Positions 9,134 to 19,279 of a DNA stretch of 64,000 nt are shown here, piece by piece; position 1 is the first letter of the stretch; each line of letters begins with the position of its first letter. Below the pieces are notes generated by a model. The model ran no database searches, was not told the DNA's origin, and saw only the letters and a list, made by a program, of their open reading frames with translations. Both the position numbers and the translations under genes were made by a program. This DNA comes from Leptospiraceae bacterium (GTDB lineage Bacteria; Spirochaetota; Leptospiria; Leptospirales; Leptonemataceae): NCBI GenBank assembly GCA_040217195.1, contig JAVJNR010000004.1:224001-288000 (forward strand). The letters run 5' to 3'.

Positions 9134-10900
9134 ATGATAAATAGCAACTATTTTCAGGACAATCCGGATCTGCAGCTGAGCTACAACAGCCTGATAGACT
9201 GGAAGGAGATCATCGAAGCGTATGAACAGGGTTTCGGTGATGCAAAAAAGTACAAAGAAAGCGGGGATGAAAGCCTGGCAATGGCTCCCAATAACGTAGA
9301 AGAAGCAAAGGATTATTACACATCCGTACTGGAGTCTCTGGGAGAATTGATGGGCACCATGGTCTCCCAGAAAAGCCAGGAAATGGATCATGAAGGTCTG
9401 AAATACAAAGATGGAAAAGTCACTTTTCCAAAAGCACAAGAAGAGTGTTATGAGGCGCTGCGCGATGCCGGCCTGATGCCCATGGCCATTAGCCGAAAAT
9501 ACCATGGCCTGGGATTACCAGTTCTGGTACAGGCCCTGGGATGCGACATTGCAGCCCGTGCCGATGCAGCATTCTGCCTGGCTTTCGGAAACATTAATAT
9601 TGTGGAAATCATGGAGCGATTTGCCAGCCAGGAAATGTGCGAAAAATGGCTGCCCGATATTGCCGATGGAAAATACAGCGCGGCCATGGCGCTTACCGAA
9701 CCAAACTACGGTTCCGACCTTCCAAGTGTTCAAACCAAAGCAGTTCAGGGCGATGATGGTGTCTGGCGACTTACCGGTACCAAACGGTTTATTACGCATG
9801 CCTGTGGGTACATTGATGCTCCCAGCGTAATTTTGACCCTGGCGAGAACCGGATCGCCCACCAGCGGAGCCAGAGGATTGTCATTCTTTCTGGTACAGGG
9901 AAAAGATGTACATGTAGCCAATATCGAACATAAGATGGGGCTGCATTGCTCTCCTACCTGCGAAGTAGTTTTCGAAGATGCTCCTGGAGAGCTAATTGGA
10001 AAAACTGGATACGGACTGGTAAAATATAGCATGGGCATGATGAATGCTGCAAGGCTTACCATCGCTGCACAATCTCTGGGAATTGCCAATGGCGCCTATT
10101 TCGAAGCTAAAAAGTACGCATCGGAACGAATTCAGTTCGGTAAACCTATAGAAGAGATACCGGCCGTAAAGAAGATGCTGGATAAAATGGAAAGGGAGAT
10201 CGTTGCCTCAAGAGCCCTGGTAATTGAAGCAGCAAGATCCATCGATCTATACCACTGGAAAAAGGAGCATCTTCTAAAAGAAGAAGGTAAGCCAGAGAAA
10301 GAAGTGAACCGAGATGAAAACCTTCGATTCTGGGAGAAGATGGCCGACCTACTAACTCCTCTCAGCAAGTACTATGCATCCGAAGGATGTATCGATGTAG
10401 CGGACGATGCTATCCAGATCCATGGAGGGGCAGGCTATACCGAAGAGTATGATGTGGCTCGCATCTATCGAGATAGTCGAATCACCACAATCTACGAAGG
10501 TACGACTCAACTTCAAACTGTGGCTTCCATCGGTGGAGTCGTGGCAGGAATGTCTCCCACAGGCGTGCTTCGCCAGTACATAGAGCGGGAAATGAATGCC
10601 ATAAATCCCAGCGAAGATTTGCGATCGCTCAAGGAAAGTCTGGAACAATGTGTTCTAGACTATAAGTCCATCTCTTCTGGAAAGAAAAAGGATGAGCTGG
10701 CTTTTGAAGTTGTAGAAACAGCCTCTCGATTCCTGTGCGGTCTGCTCCTGGAACGATCCATGCAAAAACTTACCGGGGAAGACCTGGAAAAAAGACAGAA
10801 ACTCACCGAGCAGTATAATCTGGACTCGCTGGCAATGGTTGAAGGCAATAAGATGAAACTCAGCCGTGCAGCGGCCAGTGCTGCTGTGGCAGCCGGCTAA
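9134..10900 (+). CDS. Acyl-CoA dehydrogenase family protein
   Basis: MALTEPNYGSD, LTGTKRFIT, EHKMGLHCSPT, RIQFGKPI, IQIHGGAGY, IYEGTTQLQ. Confidence 0.95.
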   Translation: MINSNYFQDNPDLQLSYNSLIDWKEIIEAYEQGFGDAKKYKESGDESLAMAPNNVEEAKDYYTSVLESLGELMGTMVSQKSQEMDHEGLKYKDGKVTFPKAQEECYEALRDAGLMPMAISRKYHGLGLPVLVQALGCDIAARADAAFCLAFGNINIVEIMERFASQEMCEKWLPDIADGKYSAAMALTEPNYGSDLPSVQTKAVQGDDGVWRLTGTKRFITHACGYIDAPSVILTLARTGSPTSGARGLSFFLVQGKDVHVANIEHKMGLHCSPTCEVVFEDAPGELIGKTGYGLVKYSMGMMNAARLTIAAQSLGIANGAYFEAKKYASERIQFGKPIEEIPAVKKMLDKMEREIVASRALVIEAARSIDLYHWKKEHLLKEEGKPEKEVNRDENLRFWEKMADLLTPLSKYYASEGCIDVADDAIQIHGGAGYTEEYDVARIYRDSRITTIYEGTTQLQTVASIGGVVAGMSPTGVLRQYIEREMNAINPSEDLRSLKESLEQCVLDYKSISSGKKKDELAFEVVETASRFLCGLLLERSMQKLTGEDLEKRQKLTEQYNLDSLAMVEGNKMKLSRAAASAAVAAG

Positions 10901-10942
10901 TACTCTACTGGCCCCGAAGGCCAATTGGTTTGCGGTGAAACG

Positions 10943-10973
10943 GGCGGAGCTGATATTCAGTTCCGCCTTTTTC
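10943..10973 (+). terminator. Rho-independent terminator
   Basis: GGCGGAGCTGA-TAT-TCAGTTCCGCC followed by a T-run, after the acyl-CoA dehydrogenase. Confidence 0.75.
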
Positions 10974-11073
10974 TTGCATTCATGGCTAGCCACATCATCA
11001 TCGAATTAGAATTATTCGCAGATAATCGCCGCCGAATTCAGATCCCAATGAGTTCGGAATTCCAGACAATTCC

Positions 11074-12438
11074 ATGGCAGGCATACAGAAATTGAAAGAG
11101 ATCCAACACAAGGCCCCTTTTCACAGAGGTAGCTCCTTTATTCTGGGAAGCCTGCCTGACCTGGAAAATGATCCCGCAGGATTCATGGCTACCATGCTGG
11201 AGAACTACGACGAAGTAGTGCAGTTTAGAATGGCAACCGAAAAAGTGCATTTATGTATTCATCCAGAATCCGTTTCCCATGTACTTCATGAAAACCATAT
11301 GAATTACGATAAGCAGGTATTCGATTACCGGATGATGGGAAACCGACTTCTGGGTAAAGGTCTGCTAACCAATGACGGACCTTTCTGGTTGAAACAACGC
11401 CGATTGGCCCAGCCTGCATTTCATCAAAAAAAGATCCAGAGTTACAGTCAGATCATGCAGAAATGCACCGAGGATTTTCTGGAAAGCTGGAATTCCAGAG
11501 ACGGAGAAGTGATGGATATGAGCTCGGAGATGGCCGGACTCACCCTGCGAATCGTTGGACTGACACTATTTGGAAAAGATATGATTAATGAGTCCTCGCA
11601 AATAGGCGAGGCACTATCGGATGCCAATTATTTATTAACTCGTCGAATATTTTCGGGAATCCCGGACTTTATACGATTTATGCCCCTGGATAGAAAACTG
11701 AAATCGGCTGCCAACAGGCTTCGAGAAGCGGTGGATGAAATTATCCATGAGCGAAAGGGGCGAGAAGAAGACTACGAAGATCTGCTCTCCATGCTAATGA
11801 TGGCCCGGGATGAAGGCCAGGGTATGAGCTACACTCAGCTTCGCGACGAAGTACTGACTCTGCTATTGGCTGGCCATGAAACTACAGCCAATACACTGAC
11901 CTGGACTTTGCATCTGCTTTCCAGGAATGAGAAAGAACAGGATAGCGTGGCCCGGGAGTGCCGCGAAGTAGTCCAGAGAAAGGTTCCTGATTTCAAGGAG
12001 GTGCAAGACCTGGAGCTAGCCAGACGGGTCATCCTGGAATCAATGCGGCTCTATCCTCCAGCCTGGTCCATTGCCAGACGATGCAAAGAAAAGGATGAAA
12101 TAATGGGATATTCCATTGAGCCCAATTCTTTGATCTTTCTTTCTCAGCTCGTAACTCACAGACATCCTGCATTCTGGACGGAACCTGAGAGATTCCAGCC
12201 CTCACGATTTGGGCCAGAGCAAAGCAAGTCCAGGCATTCCTACGCTTTTTTTCCGTTCGGTGGAGGACCCAGACTGTGCATCGGCGCTGACTTTGCTATG
12301 ATGGAATCTGTGATGATCCTCGGTTCCCTTATGCAACAGTTTAGAGTAGAACCAATACGTGAAAATGTGGACATGGAGCTTTTGATCACTCTGCGGCCCC
12401 GGGACGGTCTTCCACTGAGAATCCATAGGCGACATTAG
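11074..12438 (+). CDS. Cytochrome P450
   Basis: I-helix AGHETTA, K-helix ESMRLYPP, PERF, heme motif FGGGPRLCIG. Confidence 0.97.
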   Translation: MAGIQKLKEIQHKAPFHRGSSFILGSLPDLENDPAGFMATMLENYDEVVQFRMATEKVHLCIHPESVSHVLHENHMNYDKQVFDYRMMGNRLLGKGLLTNDGPFWLKQRRLAQPAFHQKKIQSYSQIMQKCTEDFLESWNSRDGEVMDMSSEMAGLTLRIVGLTLFGKDMINESSQIGEALSDANYLLTRRIFSGIPDFIRFMPLDRKLKSAANRLREAVDEIIHERKGREEDYEDLLSMLMMARDEGQGMSYTQLRDEVLTLLLAGHETTANTLTWTLHLLSRNEKEQDSVARECREVVQRKVPDFKEVQDLELARRVILESMRLYPPAWSIARRCKEKDEIMGYSIEPNSLIFLSQLVTHRHPAFWTEPERFQPSRFGPEQSKSRHSYAFFPFGGGPRLCIGADFAMMESVMILGSLMQQFRVEPIRENVDMELLITLRPRDGLPLRIHRRH

Positions 12439-12575
12439 GCGGGCACCGAACCTTAATGTAGCGACCTGAACAGAGTCTTCTAAAAAAAATTACAATCTGC
12501 ATCGCAGAAATTCGATCTGATAGTCCCTGACAAGATGGGCCAGGGGCTTGCCAGAAGCTTTTATCGTCGATTTAG

Positions 12576-13034
12576 CTATTCCGGAATACCGCATCCATAG
12601 GGTGCAGGTTCCGGCGGTCGCGGCAGACCGGTAACTACTACTACATTATCTCTTAATTCCAGTTCCCAGGGACCATCCAGATAGGAGTACATGTATCCAA
12701 AGCGAAGCTCAAAAACGGAATTTGCCTGACTTTGAATAGTAAACCTGCAAAACGGTGATCCTTTTCCCATGTTAGACCAGCCCTTTACTGCATTTCGAAA
12801 GGCAGCTATACGATCATCGCATTGATCCCTGGAGAGGTTCTGATCATGAAACCAGTGATTGGAAATGCGCTCATAGTCGAAGTGGGAGTGGATGTTTATG
12901 GAGGAGGACTCGCATACTTTTCGCTGAATCTCCAGAAGAGCACTTCTATGTTGCTGGGCAGGCTGAGCAATCAGGGATATGGGAACCAGAAAAACCAGCG
13001 CCTTAAAAATCTTTGCGTAAGATTGCATACTCAT
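12576..13034 (-). CDS. Hypothetical exported protein
   Basis: Signal-like KIFKALVFLVPISLIAQP. Start uncertain (ORF track gives 13124). Confidence 0.5.
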   Translation of the reverse strand: MSMQSYAKIFKALVFLVPISLIAQPAQQHRSALLEIQRKVCESSSINIHSHFDYERISNHWFHDQNLSRDQCDDRIAAFRNAVKGWSNMGKGSPFCRFTIQSQANSVFELRFGYMYSYLDGPWELELRDNVVVVTGLPRPPEPAPYGCGIPE

Positions 13035-13101
13035 ACTACAACTGCCCGAATCGTTGTTTTGAAAATTAGCATCGGCGAAAGTAACGGGATCTGTCTTTCT
13101 T

Positions 13102-15039
13102 TCATCCGGCTTCTGCGGCTCCACTAATGCCCGGGAAATTCTTTTCCAGAGCGGCTTTCAAATCCTCGATCATAAGCGGCTTGGACAGAAAATCGTTCAT
13201 CCCTGCATCCAGACATACCTGTTTATCCTCTTCCAGAATACCTGCCGAAAGTGCAATTACCGGCACATTCCTGATCGAAGCCTGGCTGTGATTTCGAATC
13301 AGCTGCGTTGCATCCAGTCCATTCATTACCGGCATCATCTTATCCATCAGTACTAAATCGAAACTTTCCTCTTCCAGTATTTGCAGAGCAACCTCACCGT
13401 TTCCGGCTACTCGGGGCGAATGCCCCAGTTCTTCCAGAAATCGCCTGGCAACAAGCTGGCTTACTGCATCGTCTTCCACAACCAGAATACGCAATCCACT
13501 CACAGGTTGACGGACCGAAACTTTCTCTGTCTCCGCTTCGGTTGGCTGCTTGATGGGTATCCGAAACCAGAAGCAAACAGCGTTTGCTCCATTCATTTGC
13601 TCATTTCTGGCGCCGATCTGCCCACCCATGATTTTCACCAACTCCTTGCATATGGATAAACCCAGACCAGATCCACGATATTCGGCCCCTGAATTCGCCT
13701 GATAGAATGCAGAGAAGATACTGGCCAGGTTCTTCTCCGACAGATGGGGCCCAGAGTTTAGAACTTCACAATATATGGCAGAGCTTTCCACCGAGCCAGC
13801 CCGAATCTCAATAACCGATCCTGTAGAGAACTTGATGGCATTATCCAGCAGATTCATCAAGATCTGAGTGATTCGTCCGGAGTCTCCAGTCATACTCTCC
13901 GGAAGCTGGCCAATCTTGCACTGTATTTTGATGCCTTTCTCTCCGGCGCGAAAAGACATTACGTCCACAGTATTGCGAATCAGTCTTGTAACATCCAGAG
14001 TACCTTCCTGCAGTTTCAAATACCCGGCTTCCATCCTGGAGAAATCGAGAATGGTACTTAAAAGCCCCAGTACATGTTTGCCGGACTGCTGAATCACATC
14101 CACGTAATGCCGGGCGTTCTCGTTGAGCTTTTCGCTCTCAAGCAGGGTAGCCATCCCTATGACTCCGTTCAATGGTGTGCGAATCTCATGACTGATATTG
14201 GCCAGGAATCGGCTTTTTGCGGCGCTGGCATCTGCAGCCACTCTCTGTGCTTCAATTAAATCCTTCTGATATTTTTGTAGCTGAGTACGATCCAGAATGA
14301 TGGCCAGAAAGACTGCAGGGTCTTCAGGCAATAGTTGCAGACGTACTTCCACAGGATATGTACTTCCATTCTTGCGAAGATGGTAGGTTTCAAAAACGAT
14401 CAGATCTTTATTACCGTCTCGAAGTGGGGCGAGCATGGTTTCAAAGCCAGATAGGTCGAATTCTGGCTTCAAGTCCAGCGGAGTCATGGATTCAAGCTCT
14501 TCCATGGTGTAACCCAGGTTCTGTCGGGCCCCCAGACTGACCTCCATGAACTGAAGGGACCGGGCATGAAATAGAAAGATCTCATCAAAGGAACTCTGTA
14601 ACAGTAGACTTAATCGGTCCTGCAGCGATCTTTCGCGGTAGGCTCTGGATAAATCCCGGGCAACCACTGACATTCCCATCACCCGTCCGCTCTCTGCGCG
14701 AATGGGGGCAATAGTAACGAAAAGCCGAATTCTGCGGCCATCCTTATGCAGACGGACCATTTCTCCGCTTACAGTCTGCCCCTGAGCCACCCGGCGAAGA
14801 TTTTCCTTTTCTTCATTTGCCAGTTCTTCTGGAATCAATCTATATATGGATTGGCCGATTATCTCTTCCGAAGTGAAACCGAAGATTCTTTCTGCAGCCG
14901 GATTCCATCCGTACACTTCACCTTCCAGATTCTTGGCCAGGATTGCATCATCGGAAGATTCGATAATGGCAGCCAGCGTTCGCTGCAGAATCAGTGGATC
15001 TGCCTGATCCAGACTCCATAAATCGAAATGTTCTTCCAA
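13102..15039 (-). CDS. Cytoplasmic hybrid histidine kinase (PAS-PAS-HisKA-HATPase-REC)
   Basis: PAS (IIESSDDAI, WNPAAERIFG), H-box SHEIRTPLNG, NLLDNAIKF, GSGLGL, REC VLMDKMMP. Confidence 0.95.
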   Translation of the reverse strand: MEEHFDLWSLDQADPLILQRTLAAIIESSDDAILAKNLEGEVYGWNPAAERIFGFTSEEIIGQSIYRLIPEELANEEKENLRRVAQGQTVSGEMVRLHKDGRRIRLFVTIAPIRAESGRVMGMSVVARDLSRAYRERSLQDRLSLLLQSSFDEIFLFHARSLQFMEVSLGARQNLGYTMEELESMTPLDLKPEFDLSGFETMLAPLRDGNKDLIVFETYHLRKNGSTYPVEVRLQLLPEDPAVFLAIILDRTQLQKYQKDLIEAQRVAADASAAKSRFLANISHEIRTPLNGVIGMATLLESEKLNENARHYVDVIQQSGKHVLGLLSTILDFSRMEAGYLKLQEGTLDVTRLIRNTVDVMSFRAGEKGIKIQCKIGQLPESMTGDSGRITQILMNLLDNAIKFSTGSVIEIRAGSVESSAIYCEVLNSGPHLSEKNLASIFSAFYQANSGAEYRGSGLGLSICKELVKIMGGQIGARNEQMNGANAVCFWFRIPIKQPTEAETEKVSVRQPVSGLRILVVEDDAVSQLVARRFLEELGHSPRVAGNGEVALQILEEESFDLVLMDKMMPVMNGLDATQLIRNHSQASIRNVPVIALSAGILEEDKQVCLDAGMNDFLSKPLMIEDLKAALEKNFPGISGAAEAG

Positions 15040-15240
15040 AATACCCTGCCCTTCTTTCAGATCTCAAATCTCGGTTCAGTCCGGTTTATACAATAGACAA
15101 ACCGCAGAATCAAACGGTTCACTCGTAATGCCCGGATCAGACGTTTCTATAAAATGTGGAATTTGTCCATCAGTAAAGTGTATTTAAGGACTTTTTGAGT
15201 GTATCTTGACAGCGTCTGTATTGCGAAGAGCATAATCAAT

Positions 15241-15936
15241 ATGCGACTTGATACAGGCACACAATTCAGATTCACCATGGCCGGATATCTGTTTATAGGT
15301 ACAGGCACTGTCTTCCTGCTGGGTTTTGTTTCACGTGCCATATATGGATTTATGGGGCAGCCGGAGCATTCTCCTTTTGGCTACCTGGCTCTGGCCTGGC
15401 TAATGGTAATTTTCATCATTGTGGGTCGCATCATTCTACAAATGCGAGGTGATGTATCTGATAAAGATACCTACCTATCCAGACATGATCCAGCCAGGAG
15501 ACCGCGAACCAGTGTTCCCGGAAACTGGACAGGTCGATTCGTTGGCTGGATATTCTTCGGAGTAGGCTCAACCTTTGCCATGCTGGCAGCCAGCTGGTTA
15601 CAGGGCACTCCGATCTATGGCAGAACTCTGGTGCTGGGTGTCATTTTTACAATTCTGGGCGCTATCATTCTGATTGTTACCTATCGAGCGTTGTACATTT
15701 CCGGTGGGGATGCAAAGATTCAAACCAAACAGGAGGCCAAACCATTTGCCATGCTGGGACTAATTGTAGCCGCTCTGGTTCTTCTGGTCTTTGCGGCGCT
15801 TGGGGTACTGGTCCTTATTAAGAATCCAGATAACTGGGGCGGCGCTGTCTTTATGTTTTCCTTTCCTGTTCTGGGTATCATCATCTTTCTTTTTGTTAGA
15901 AGTAGAAAGATGAAAGCCCGAAGAATACAGGAGTAG
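15241..15936 (+). CDS. Hypothetical membrane protein (about 6 TM, in three helical pairs)
   Basis: Hydrophobic segments throughout; start uncertain (15199/15241/15277). Confidence 0.7.
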   Translation: MRLDTGTQFRFTMAGYLFIGTGTVFLLGFVSRAIYGFMGQPEHSPFGYLALAWLMVIFIIVGRIILQMRGDVSDKDTYLSRHDPARRPRTSVPGNWTGRFVGWIFFGVGSTFAMLAASWLQGTPIYGRTLVLGVIFTILGAIILIVTYRALYISGGDAKIQTKQEAKPFAMLGLIVAALVLLVFAALGVLVLIKNPDNWGGAVFMFSFPVLGIIIFLFVRSRKMKARRIQE

Positions 15937-16025
15937 AACCGATCCCTGGATACCGTCTCCCAGATTTCAGTGTTCTACTATCGCACTATCAGTCTCCGGG
16001 GCTGAGTTCTGTTCTTGAGGCACCT

Positions 16026-16655
16026 CTATTTGCTTTCTATCCGCTGCAAAGCCCGCAGTTCATGCCAGACTCCAAGTATAATTTTGTTGGCACTCAAAGT
16101 GTAGAATATACAGGCATTCATAGTCTGCCACCATTCCCAGTGAAAGACCATTCGCAGACCCAGGGCAAGAAGAGTAACCAGCACAGTGGAGATCAGAGCT
16201 TCGCTTATATGCGCTTCTCGCTCGCTAAGAAATTCTCGAGCAATTTCCAGTCCATTCATAAGTCCCATGAACCAGAGGATGGCCAGATTATAAAGAAAAC
16301 TGTAACCGGCAAAAAAGAGGCTCAGATAATCGTCCTGCGACGTCTTGCCCCAGGTAACAAAGGCTACCGAAACTGCCAGCCAGCCTCCCCCTCCTACCAT
16401 AAAGAAGACCTCCCTGGTGGACTTTTCCTGATTCGACCAGAGGTGCTTTATAGACAGATACATACTTATGACAACACTCATGCCGTAGACGAAAAAGACC
16501 GGATTGAAGGAAAACAGAATGCTTTTCCAGATTAGATCTACATCCAGAATAAGCATAAGAAGGAAACTATAGTTCAAACAAAACAGAGATACCTCATCGT
16601 ATCCGAGGAAATCCAGCACCCTCTGTAAAAAGTTCCTATTTTTCTGAGTCGCCAT
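16026..16655 (-). CDS. Hypothetical membrane protein
   Basis: 209-aa ORF with multiple hydrophobic helices. Confidence 0.7.
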   Translation of the reverse strand: MATQKNRNFLQRVLDFLGYDEVSLFCLNYSFLLMLILDVDLIWKSILFSFNPVFFVYGMSVVISMYLSIKHLWSNQEKSTREVFFMVGGGGWLAVSVAFVTWGKTSQDDYLSLFFAGYSFLYNLAILWFMGLMNGLEIAREFLSEREAHISEALISTVLVTLLALGLRMVFHWEWWQTMNACIFYTLSANKIILGVWHELRALQRIESK

Positions 16656-17086
16656 AATAATCGACTGAGTCGGACTGTAAGATGGATCCTCCGGATTCTA
16701 AATTGCAGGATTCAGCGACCCGACGCCGAGAAAAAGTCCATCCATTGCCTGCGGCCTCTGTCAACCCTGCAACCAGTTCAAGCTCTGTTAGATACTGAAT
16801 CGATTCACAGTAACTGGCAATCCAGAAGCCAGACAGAATTCGGCCCATGTAAGAAGTTCATCTGACTACCAGAACCAACGTCATCCAGATTAAACCTACG
16901 GGCAAGACCGATAAGGACCGGTTCGAACCAGAAAGGGCCCGGACCCTGGACCAAACCTCAGGAGCACTTCCGGCAACCCAATTTCCCTGCAGAGCTGCGC
17001 TTTGAATCCACCGTAATAATTGGAGGAAACCGCACATTGAAATCCGTCCGCGCCGAGTTTAATCGGAATTTTTTGTTGACCAACGC

Positions 17087-17111
17087 AATTCCCACTATTT
17101 TTGTAGGAATT
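17087..17111. promoter_or_regulatory. 25-bp inverted repeat upstream of cysK; candidate Rrf2-family (IscR/CymR-like) operator
   Basis: AATTCCCAC-TATTTTT-GTAGGAATT (one mismatch), just downstream of a TTGACC -35-like hexamer at 17076. Confidence 0.55.
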
Positions 17112-17197
17112 AAGAATAGATCGGAGGGGCATGACCCCGGGAGTGGCGCTACAGACTTCTTCCGCAGGCGGCTCAACACCGAACAGGAGATTGAATT

Positions 17198-18190
17198 ATG
17201 AAAGTCTATGAAGATAATTCGCTGGCCATTGGAAGAACCCCGCTGGTAAAACTAAACAGAGTAACCGAAGGGGCCTATGCCAATGTCTATGCAAAGATTG
17301 AAGGCAGGAACCCTGCGTATTCAGTAAAATGCCGGATTGGCGCCAACATGATCTGGGATGCAGAAAAGAGCGGCAAACTGAAAAAGGGCATGGAAATCGT
17401 AGAGCCCACTTCAGGCAATACTGGAATTGCCCTGGCATTTGTGGCGGCAGCACGCGGCTATAAGCTAACCCTTACCATGCCAGAGTCCATGTCACTGGAA
17501 CGAAGAAAAGTCCTGAAAGCCTTTGGAGCCAACCTGGTACTTACGGAAGCGGCCAAAGGAATGAAAGGTGCAATCCAGAAGGCAGCGGAAATTGCAGAAA
17601 GCGATCCTGCAAAGTATTTCCTGCCTCAACAATTCGACAATCCTGCCAACCCGGCCATCCATGAACAAACCACCGGTCCGGAAATCTGGGATGATACCGA
17701 TGGAAATATCGATATACTGGTAGCTGGAGTGGGAACAGGCGGAACCATTACTGGCGTTAGTCGTTACATTAAGAACGGTAAGAAAAAAGCCATCTCCTCT
17801 GTGGCAGTAGAGCCAGTCCATTCCCCGGTGATCGCACAAACAATCAAAGGTGAAGAACCGACTCCAGGGCCTCATAAGATTCAAGGTATCGGTGCTGGGT
17901 TCGTTCCCAAGAACCTGGACCTCAGTCTTGTGGACGAAGTGGAGCAAGTCAGTAACGATGAAGCTGTGGAAATGGCTCAACGACTTGCAAAAGAAGAAGG
18001 TATCCTCTGTGGGATTTCTTGCGGCGCTGCAGCAGTTGCTGCCATTCGCCAGGCAAAACGGCCAGAGAACGATGGCAAAAACATTGTAGTAATCCTTCCG
18101 GATGGAGGCGAGCGCTATCTATCCAGTGTCCTTTTCGAAGGTATGTTTACTGGCGTGGAATCCGCTTCCGCTTCAGAAAGCGTAATCTAA
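17198..18190 (+). CDS. cysK: Cysteine synthase A
   Basis: NPAYSVKCR (PLP lysine), [32 protein letters not shown]. Confidence 0.97.
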   Translation: MKVYEDNSLAIGRTPLVKLNRVTEGAYANVYAKIEGRNPAYSVKCRIGANMIWDAEKSGKLKKGMEIVEPTSGNTGIALAFVAAARGYKLTLTMPESMSLERRKVLKAFGANLVLTEAAKGMKGAIQKAAEIAESDPAKYFLPQQFDNPANPAIHEQTTGPEIWDDTDGNIDILVAGVGTGGTITGVSRYIKNGKKKAISSVAVEPVHSPVIAQTIKGEEPTPGPHKIQGIGAGFVPKNLDLSLVDEVEQVSNDEAVEMAQRLAKEEGILCGISCGAAAVAAIRQAKRPENDGKNIVVILPDGGERYLSSVLFEGMFTGVESASASESVI

Positions 18191-18249
18191 TTCGAAGGCA
18201 AACATCGAACCGGCTGCATCGCTATTTGCATACGATGCGCCAATGCCAG

Positions 18250-18276
18250 AGGGGGCCTGTGCCCCCTTTTCTTTTT
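18250..18276 (+). terminator. Rho-independent terminator
   Basis: GGGGGC-CTGT-GCCCCC followed by TTTTCTTTTT. Confidence 0.8.
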
Positions 18277-18397
18277 GGAACTGCCTGGCCCGGTTTTCAG
18301 AGTGTCGGTGCAATACCAGATTAAATCATCGGCAAAACCGGTTCAGGTCCCTCTGGCCTGATTAATTCCAGTTGCCCTCCAAAATGGATACACCACC

Positions 18398-19279
18398 ATG
18401 GAGCTGATGAGCCTTCCGGGCAAAGATCTGGAATTTCCCGAACCAACCTCTATTCTGACGCAACGGCATGATCAGCTAGAAACGTCCTGGAAAGAGGGAC
18501 TTGGATGTCTCTCTGGAAACCAGAGAAAGGACTATCTGGAGCTGGTTCAGTCTACCACGCGCCGACTGGCGGATGGAAGCGGCCCGGGAGAATGGTTGTT
18601 CTACCAGCATTTTCTGCGAGGTGGCTGCCTGCAGGCTATGATACTGCATCATGGTAAGCCAGTGTACTATTTTGGCATTCCTTTAAAAGACTGGAAGTTC
18701 TGGGATGAAGCGGGCCCGTCCCCTGTTGAAGGCCTGGATTCAATTCGAGTCAACAGAAAGGAAATCAGCATTCAGGCAGTTGTGCCTTCCGGTAGCGCCC
18801 ATCTTATTCGGCATATGCTGGCCAGTGAATTGATGCCCGTGGCCACCCGTATCCTTAGATCCGATGCGGGCAGAAATCCTGAGAACTGGATCGATTCGGT
18901 AGAAGATCTTTCCATGTATTTGAGCAGTCGAATCAAAAGAGCCCTGGAAAAATCTCAACCAGTGACCATTTCGCATTTTCTTTTCCAGGACCTTACCCGC
19001 TATGTGGAAGAAGTGGGAGAATACTGGACACTTGAAATAATAGATGAGATTCGAAAAACGATTAAATCGAACTTAAAAAAGAGAGATACCCTGGTATCCC
19101 TGACTCCGGTTTCGCATCTTGTTCTTTCTACAGGGCCAACAGAGGAGCAGATTCACAAAAGGTTTCATCATATATATTTTGAGATTCGCAGCCTGATTCT
19201 GGACTATACTATATTTGCAGCCACCGTGGAAACACCGGATTACAGAATTGCCGATATTCTGGAGAAACTGAAACTTTGA
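18398..19279 (+). CDS. Hypothetical protein, possible degenerate GGDEF-like C-terminal domain
   Basis: 293-aa ORF overlapping the argH start by 4 nt. Confidence 0.7.
   Translation: MELMSLPGKDLEFPEPTSILTQRHDQLETSWKEGLGCLSGNQRKDYLELVQSTTRRLADGSGPGEWLFYQHFLRGGCLQAMILHHGKPVYYFGIPLKDWKFWDEAGPSPVEGLDSIRVNRKEISIQAVVPSGSAHLIRHMLASELMPVATRILRSDAGRNPENWIDSVEDLSMYLSSRIKRALEKSQPVTISHFLFQDLTRYVEEVGEYWTLEIIDEIRKTIKSNLKKRDTLVSLTPVSHLVLSTGPTEEQIHKRFHHIYFEIRSLILDYTIFAATVETPDYRIADILEKLKL

Noticed and set aside
16636..17179. Short ORFs upstream of cysK (16636-16848, 16896-17132, 16958-17179)
   Set aside because: No motifs or convincing RBS; two overlap the putative promoter/operator.
17131..17211. Upstream ORF (MTPGVALQ...) as a cysK attenuator peptide
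   Set aside because: No Cys codons, no clear SD and no terminator in the leader.
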